Positions 62,490 through 64,000 of a stretch of DNA of 64,000 bases are shown piece by piece. The stretch is from the NCBI GenBank assembly GCA_030390025.1, contig CM059425.1:170254001-170318000 (forward strand), read 5' to 3'. A program made the position numbers and the translations under genes. The stretch is from Squalus acanthias (Eukaryota). The notes beneath the pieces were generated by a model. It was not told where the DNA came from. It saw nothing but the letters and a program-made list of their open reading frames with translations, and did no database searches. Each line of letters opens with the position of its first letter. Position 1 is the stretch's first letter.

Positions 62490-64000
62490 ATTAGAAATAG
62501 TGAGTTCAGGTTTGATCCGCCGAACTCAATGGTGAGCTTCTTATGCTGCTTTTGAAAATCCAGCCCTAAGATAAGATCACTACATAAGTCCTTGAGCACC
62601 GAAAGCCGGGTGGAGGGATACCTGCGACCATTAAGTGTTATTTCAACCATACAAAAGCCAGAAATTCTGGTATTAAGTGATGACTGAGCCATCGCAATTG
62701 CCTGGTCCGATGGGAAAACATGTAGCTTTAACTCTGCAACAATCTGTTCCCTAATGAAACTATCAGTGCTACCTGAGTCAATTAAGGCATCTAAAGTATG
62801 TCCATTAATTGATGCTTTTGTAGCTGCATGGAATAGGTTCTGAGGACAAGCAGCTGTAATTGGTGTCGTTGCACAAAGAGTGGCTGAAACTCTAGGTGTG
62901 TTTCTTCGAGAGAAAACCCGAGAGGAAGCACGATAGATTTTAGCCGGAACATCTGATAGGCCCTTACCGGGCAGTTCGGTAGGACTTAGCTTGATAAGCC
63001 CTCGTAGAGGCTCTTGATAGGCAAACCTTTGCAAAATGACCCTTTTGTTGCAATGACTGCAAAACGCATTGCGAGCAGGGCAGAATTTCCGAGGGTGAAA
63101 CTCATCACCACAAAAGAAGCATTTCTTAGATTGCCAAGAGGCTGCCACAGTGGGGTCATCATCCTCTTCATCAGTGAAGTCATCAGATTGATCGTCAGGG
63201 ATAAAGTCCTCCCTAATAGAGTTCACCTGTGGCCTCTTAAATTGCCTGACTGTAGTTAAGGCAGCAGACCGAGGTCTGGCACTGTATAAAGGTCTGCATT
63301 TCTTTTTGCCAGATCTAGAGAGCAAGCCATGTCATAAGCTCTCTGAAGCTCAAGTGTCTTACTTTCCAGTAGACGCTGGCGTATAAATGGGGAGGCAAGC
63401 CCGCAGATGAAAGCATCACGGATCATTTCTTCACGGTACAGCTCAGCTGAGGCCGCCTGAAAGTTACAGTCCATACTAAGTCTGCGAAGCTCTTGGAGGA
63501 ATTTATCAATGGATTCCTCCGGCCCTTGTTGGCTGTAGCTAGTAGATGTCTGGCATAGACCTCATTCGGTGTCTTAGTATATAGTCTTTTAAGCGTCCGA
63601 ATTGCCTCCTCGTAACTGCCCCATTCCTCAACATACTGAAATACATTCGGAGTGACACAGTTGATGAGTATCCGCAACTTTGTGTCATCATCAGCCTTGC
63701 AGTATTCGAGAAAATTGTCAAACGTGCGATACCAGTGTTTCCACACCTTACCGGCTGCTGGGTGTTGGGTCCAAGTCAAGACGCGATGTTTAAGGATGTT
63801 TTCCATGATGGTGATTCCCTGGATCCTTAGTTCCGAGTTCGTCCAAAAAGTTTGAGTGCGAAGTTTTTCAAAGTTGATTAAATTGTCGTAAGAATGAGCC
63901 TTACGCGTGGTGAACTTAAAGTAAGCTTTAATCAACTAAAAAGGTGCTACATACAAAAGAGGTCTTACTCTATGCCTCTCCAGGATCCAACTGCTCAGTC
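62490..64000 (-). mobile_element. Gypsy/Ty3 LTR retrotransposon 5' part: partial 5' LTR (>64000-63884), gag (frameshifted, CCHC knuckles) and aspartic protease; truncated before RT
   Basis: WKHWYRTFDNFL, ARHLLAT, IRDAFICGL.S..IRQRLLE, CFFCG..H....CPA....C..C.K, ALIDSGS, DLILGLDF; LTR ends in CA; the gag signature resembles Mag-type elements. Confidence 0.88.

Noticed and set aside
62201..63325. 374-aa ORF as a domesticated Gag-protease-ZNF fusion gene
   Set aside because: The upstream gag is frameshifted, the second knuckle is broken, the linker is MITE-derived and one finger has lost both cysteines; the open frame is probably fortuitous.
1..64000. CRISPR arrays, prokaryotic operons, rRNA, and the many antisense ORFs in the ORF track
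   Set aside because: No regularly spaced direct repeats or rRNA-like sequence was seen; the DNA is eukaryotic, and the antisense or alternate-frame ORFs are shadows of LINE, PLE and Harbinger coding remnants.

Overview
A 64-kb stretch of eukaryotic, repeat-dominated genomic DNA. It is most likely from a cartilaginous fish (shark-like), inferred from the CR1/L2/Penelope/Deu-SINE mix and a shark-type C2H2 zinc-finger fragment. No intact host protein-coding exon, rRNA, tRNA or CRISPR could be supported; the window reads as an intron or gene desert. It contains many 5'-truncated LINEs (CR1, L2, a CR1/Jockey-group family, an old L1), two Penelope-like families with minimal hammerhead ribozymes at their 3' ends, and a Gypsy 5' end. 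It also carries a dense set of PIF/Harbinger elements: four large two-gene copies (DDE transposase plus a 3-exon Myb/SANT-like gene in convergent orientation), older remnants, and several MITE families with 3-bp TSDs. The most notable observations are: (1) a MITE with promoter motifs and conserved 14-nt and 30-nt splice-site-flanked micro-exon cassettes; (2) an 11-nt self-complementary PBS in a Gypsy element that looks Mag-like, suggesting Tf1-type self-priming; (3) Penelope hammerheads with covarying stems; (4) a captured C2H2-ZNF fragment beside a templated inversion; (5) a CRE at a fixed distance from Harbinger TIRs; and (6) two repeat-free islands rich in TALE/Pbx-Hox or Sox/POU motifs that look like developmental enhancers. 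Coordinates were read by hand; the boundaries of degenerate repeats are approximate.
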